This document shows positions 6,272 through 9,194 of a stretch of 9,194 nucleotides of DNA, piece by piece. The stretch comes from Prasinococcaceae sp. CCMP 1430. Lineage: Eukaryota; Plantae; Prasinodermophyta. How positions within the stretch are numbered: position 1 is the first letter of the stretch; the number at the start of each line of letters is the position of its first letter. The notes under the pieces were generated by a model that was given only the letters and a program-made list of their open reading frames with translations, was not told the DNA's origin and searched no databases. A program made the position numbers and the translations under genes. Location: the NCBI GenBank assembly GCA_013416795.1, contig RQSC01000032.1, positions 914,755 to 923,948 on the forward strand. The letters are read 5' to 3'.

Positions 6272-7971
6272 GGCGGGAGCGAGCGCGCGAACGCGCGCGG
6301 CGGCGTGCCAGAGCGTCGCGCGCGGGCGGCGGCGATGACGGCGGCGGCGTGCCTCTGCTGCCCGGCGGCGCGCCGCGGCAGGTGTCCTGGTCGCGCAGCG
6401 CGCCGCACACGCTGCGCGGCATGCACACGAGCCCATACGTCAAGCTGGTGACCGTGGTCGCGGGCTCGTGCGACGACGTGCTGTGCGACATACGCCCGCA
6501 CAGCCCCTCCTTCGGGCGCAGCGTCCGGCTCCGTCTCGACGAGCGCGAGCCGACGCAGCTGATCGTTGGCGCTGGTGTCGCGCACGGTTTCGTCGCTGGA
6601 GAGGTAGGCTGCGACATGCTCTACCTGCAAGAGGACACGTTCGGCTCGAGGGGTGGCGAGGTCGACGTGAGCTACAAGGACAGCGATCTCGCGCTGCCGT
6701 GGCCGGAGCGCGTGTGGGCGCACGCCGAGGGGCGCGAGACCACCCTCGTGCTCAGCGACAAGGATGCGACCGCGCCAATGCTGCGCGAGCGCCTTCCGAG
6801 AGAATTTGAGGGCGCGACTGCGCACGGGGCGGCGATTGTGCCGAGCGCGCGCGTGGGCATTCTGCGCGCGCAGGGCGGCGCCGCGCTCGTCGTCGGTGCG
6901 AGCGGCCAGGTCGGCCAGGCGGTGCGCGAGCACATCGCGCGAGAGTATCCGCGTACACCGGTCATCGGCACGTACTGCAAACACCGCGACGAGGCAGGCG
7001 AGCGCGCGGCCATGGCCGCCGCCGCCGCTGCCCCGGATGCGGGCACTGACGCCCCCACGCCCGCTGTCGCTATGCCCAGCATCCCCTTCGATCTCGCCAC
7101 CGCGGGCGAGCTGGACGAGCTCTCCGGGCTGACACGCGCGCAGCTCCTCGTCGAGAGAACGCGGCCATGCGTGGTATTCATCTGCGCGGCCGCAACGTGG
7201 GTCGATGGCTGCGAACGGCAGGATATGCGAGCGGGCGTGCAGGCGACCAACGTGGACGGCCCGGTGGCGCTCGCCAAGGCCGCCCATGCGGCCGAGGCCC
7301 GCACGGTGTACTTCTCGACCGATTACGTCTTCGACGGCGGCAGCTCTGCGCCCGAGTCCGCCTGCGCGGAAGGCGCGCCTGTTAACCCTCTCAACGAGTA
7401 CGGCGCGTCTAAGGTGCGCGGCGAACGCGCCGTGCTCGACGCGACTGGTGGCAGCGCGCTGGTGCTCCGCACAGCGGTCGTGTACGGCCCCGAGAGCCAA
7501 GGCAAGAATTTCGTGTACCAGCTTTGCCGCAAGGCGGCCTCCGGCGAGTCCATGGCCGCGGCTGGCGACCACACGAGCAGTCCGACGTACAGCAGGGACC
7601 TGGCAGCTGCCGCGTGCGAGCTTCTCAGGCGGGCGGACGCCGCTGCGGACGCCGCTGCGGAGGGTGGCGTGTACAACGTCGCAGGTCCCGAGATCATGTC
7701 GCGCATGGCGTTCGCCGAACGCGTCTCGACGGCACTTGTGCGGCAAGGGCTCATGCCGCATCCTGCGACGCTCACGGATGTCACCACGCCCGAGCTCGAG
7801 CGCGCGGCGAGAGACCGCCTCGGCTTCGCCGCGAAGCGGCCGCTAAGGGTCGGCCTACCCATCGGCAAGCTCGAGAAAGCGCTCAGGGGTAGCGGCGTGC
7901 GCATGCGCACCGTCGAGGAGGCCGTGGAGCACTGGGCAGCCGCGCCGCGCGGGAAGCCGCTTGGAGAGTAA
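6199..7971 (+). CDS. rmlC/rmlD: RmlC-RmlD fusion: dTDP-4-keto-6-deoxyglucose 3,5-epimerase plus dTDP-4-dehydrorhamnose reductase; start uncertain
   Basis: One uninterrupted ORF. The RmlC cupin (about 6370-6800) has LRGMH, VKLV, DIRPHSPSFG, AHGF, MLY and DLALPWP. The RmlD SDR (from about 6885) has GASGQVG, YFSTDYVFDG, PLNEYGASK (YxxxK), LRTAVVYG, SPTYSRDLA and GVYNVAG. TAA is at 7969-7971. ATG 6199 lies in AT-rich, promoter-like DNA; typical GC-rich codons start near 6320. Confidence 0.9.
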   Translation: MTRWDFPVGIFKYKCYDAIGGVFFWRERARERARRRARASRAGGGDDGGGVPLLPGGAPRQVSWSRSAPHTLRGMHTSPYVKLVTVVAGSCDDVLCDIRPHSPSFGRSVRLRLDEREPTQLIVGAGVAHGFVAGEVGCDMLYLQEDTFGSRGGEVDVSYKDSDLALPWPERVWAHAEGRETTLVLSDKDATAPMLRERLPREFEGATAHGAAIVPSARVGILRAQGGAALVVGASGQVGQAVREHIAREYPRTPVIGTYCKHRDEAGERAAMAAAAAAPDAGTDAPTPAVAMPSIPFDLATAGELDELSGLTRAQLLVERTRPCVVFICAAATWVDGCERQDMRAGVQATNVDGPVALAKAAHAAEARTVYFSTDYVFDGGSSAPESACAEGAPVNPLNEYGASKVRGERAVLDATGGSALVLRTAVVYGPESQGKNFVYQLCRKAASGESMAAAGDHTSSPTYSRDLAAAACELLRRADAAADAAAEGGVYNVAGPEIMSRMAFAERVSTALVRQGLMPHPATLTDVTTPELERAARDRLGFAAKRPLRVGLPIGKLEKALRGSGVRMRTVEEAVEHWAAAPRGKPLGE

Positions 7972-8186
7972 GCAGCGCGCGGGCGTGCCAGGGGGGAGAG
8001 GAGGGGAGTGGTTACGAACGCGCTCCACTTTGCCCCACTTTCTCACTATATTTCTGTATATCTACTACTGTACAAGTACTACATGCAGCACTGTGCCGAG
8101 TCACCTATGCTTGCCTACTGTAGCTAGAGTGACTAATTGTCTCTTGCACTGCGGTGTCTGTTGCCCACGCGGCCAGTCAGTGTTTC
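7972..8186. other. Convergent 3'UTR/intergenic region of RmlC/D and LicD genes
   Basis: 215 bp of lower-GC sequence between two convergent stop codons; no specific poly(A) signal was identified. Confidence 0.7.
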
Positions 8187-9194
8187 TCAGATGCAAATCC
8201 CCAGCTTGGCGACCACTTTAATGAGCTTGAAGTAGAGCTTGGACTCCTCATGCACATCCGTGCCTTTGTCGTGCTGGCGGGGGACGCGCCAGCTCGGCCC
8301 GTATCTGTGCAATAGCAACCCCTCAACGTTGTGCGGTACGCGCAGTCGCGCTCCGTGGAAGACCGTGTGGCCCGTTGGCAGCGCCAATGCAGAAGACACG
8401 TCGAGTAAGGGGTTGTACATGCGCACGATTTCCCCCATGCCCTCCTTCCTGCCGACCGAGGGTGCTGAGGACGGCGAAGGGGCGCCCTCTGGGGGCGCTT
8501 TCTCTTCCGCGCATGACGCTGCCACCCCATCCTCCTCGCCAGTGTGTCCGCCGTACAAGTCGACAATGGCGAGCGGCACAGCGCCCATGCCTGTGCCAGG
8601 GCCCAGTAGGTGGAGCTTCGTGCTGATGCGCAGCCACTCGTAGTTGCGATCGCCGAATTCGCCAGGCTGCGATCGCACCATGTTGATATGATACCCTTTG
8701 GGCTCCAGCCGCCTCTTCAGCTCACGCTCCAGCTCGCTCCATCGTGGCTGCAGGGCAACAATGTCCACATCATTGTCCCAGTGGATCAATCGCCGGTCAC
8801 GGACGATGCCAAGGAGCGTGCCGAAGTCCACCCACCAGTCTCGCAACAGGATGGGCGTGTTGAGCGCCTGCTCGTCCGCGTCGTCGCAGATTGCTTCGAG
8901 CGTACGTGCCACATCCACAAGTGCGCCACGGAGCGCGCGCCTCCGCAGCGTGTGGAAGCTCCACAGGGCGAAACGCACCCCTGCCCAGCCCCCCCAGCCA
9001 ATCAGGTAGGCGACCGCTAGGCTCGCGCTGTCCGACTCGCCCTGCAGGCGGTCGCGCGCGAGCTCTCCTTTTCCGCTCGGGCTACCCCGCCGCCGCCGCC
9101 GGGCTAGCAGCGCACCGGCGCCCACGCCCGCCCCCACCGCCTCGCGCAGCGCGCGCCGCAGCGCTGCCTTCACACGCTCTACGTCGTCTTCTGC
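8187..9194 (-). CDS. LicD/fukutin-family nucleotidyltransferase-fold phosphotransferase with a probable N-terminal membrane anchor (5' partial)
   Basis: WWVDFGTLLGIVRDRRLIHWDNDVDI matches the LicD signature GTLLGAVR..IPWD.D.DI, and PHNVEGLLLHRYGPSWRVP matches the LicD C-terminal region. There is a hydrophobic segment LAVAYLIGWGGWAGVRFALW. TGA is at 8189-8187, and the frame stays open to the window edge (9173 is GTG). Confidence 0.85.
   Translation of the reverse strand, partial: AEDDVERVKAALRRALREAVGAGVGAGALLARRRRRGSPSGKGELARDRLQGESDSASLAVAYLIGWGGWAGVRFALWSFHTLRRRALRGALVDVARTLEAICDDADEQALNTPILLRDWWVDFGTLLGIVRDRRLIHWDNDVDIVALQPRWSELERELKRRLEPKGYHINMVRSQPGEFGDRNYEWLRISTKLHLLGPGTGMGAVPLAIVDLYGGHTGEEDGVAASCAEEKAPPEGAPSPSSAPSVGRKEGMGEIVRMYNPLLDVSSALALPTGHTVFHGARLRVPHNVEGLLLHRYGPSWRVPRQHDKGTDVHEESKLYFKLIKVVAKLGICI

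Noticed and set aside
6240-7761. Upstream part of the 684-aa minus-strand ORF 5707-7761 as a giant DUF1749 N-terminus
   Set aside because: It is antisense to RmlC/D, and only its last portion carries DUF1749 motifs.
1-9194. CRISPR array, tRNA/rRNA or transposase
   Set aside because: I saw no repeat-spacer periodicity, cloverleaf, rRNA motif or transposase/RT motif. All repeats are simple or low-complexity apart from the 17-mer reported above.

Overview
This is a gene-dense, very GC-rich eukaryotic nuclear window, most likely from a green alga (prasinophyte-like). That assignment is inferred from a green-type HCF244/Ycf39 and GT-AG introns that share a GCTGAC branch site. Gene order: CA microsatellite and AT-richer non-coding DNA; an ambiguous base (N402); the C-terminal PIWI domain of an Argonaute/Piwi protein (+), with a degenerate catalytic tetrad; HCF244/Ycf39 (+); a spliced STI1/DP-domain protein (-); a low-complexity spacer with a C29 tract and an orphan ORF; a spliced DUF1749 alpha/beta-hydrolase (-); a symmetric divergent promoter; an RmlC-RmlD fusion (+); and a LicD/fukutin-family protein (-) that runs off the window. 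Main oddities: (1) the PIWI stop codon is followed with no spacer by an in-frame, AUG-less HCF244 reading frame; (2) three genes have no usable in-frame AUG at their apparent 5' ends; (3) a two-domain RmlC/D fusion sits beside a LicD gene in what looks like a green alga. Assembly artefact is a live alternative for (1) and (2) and cannot be excluded from the sequence alone.
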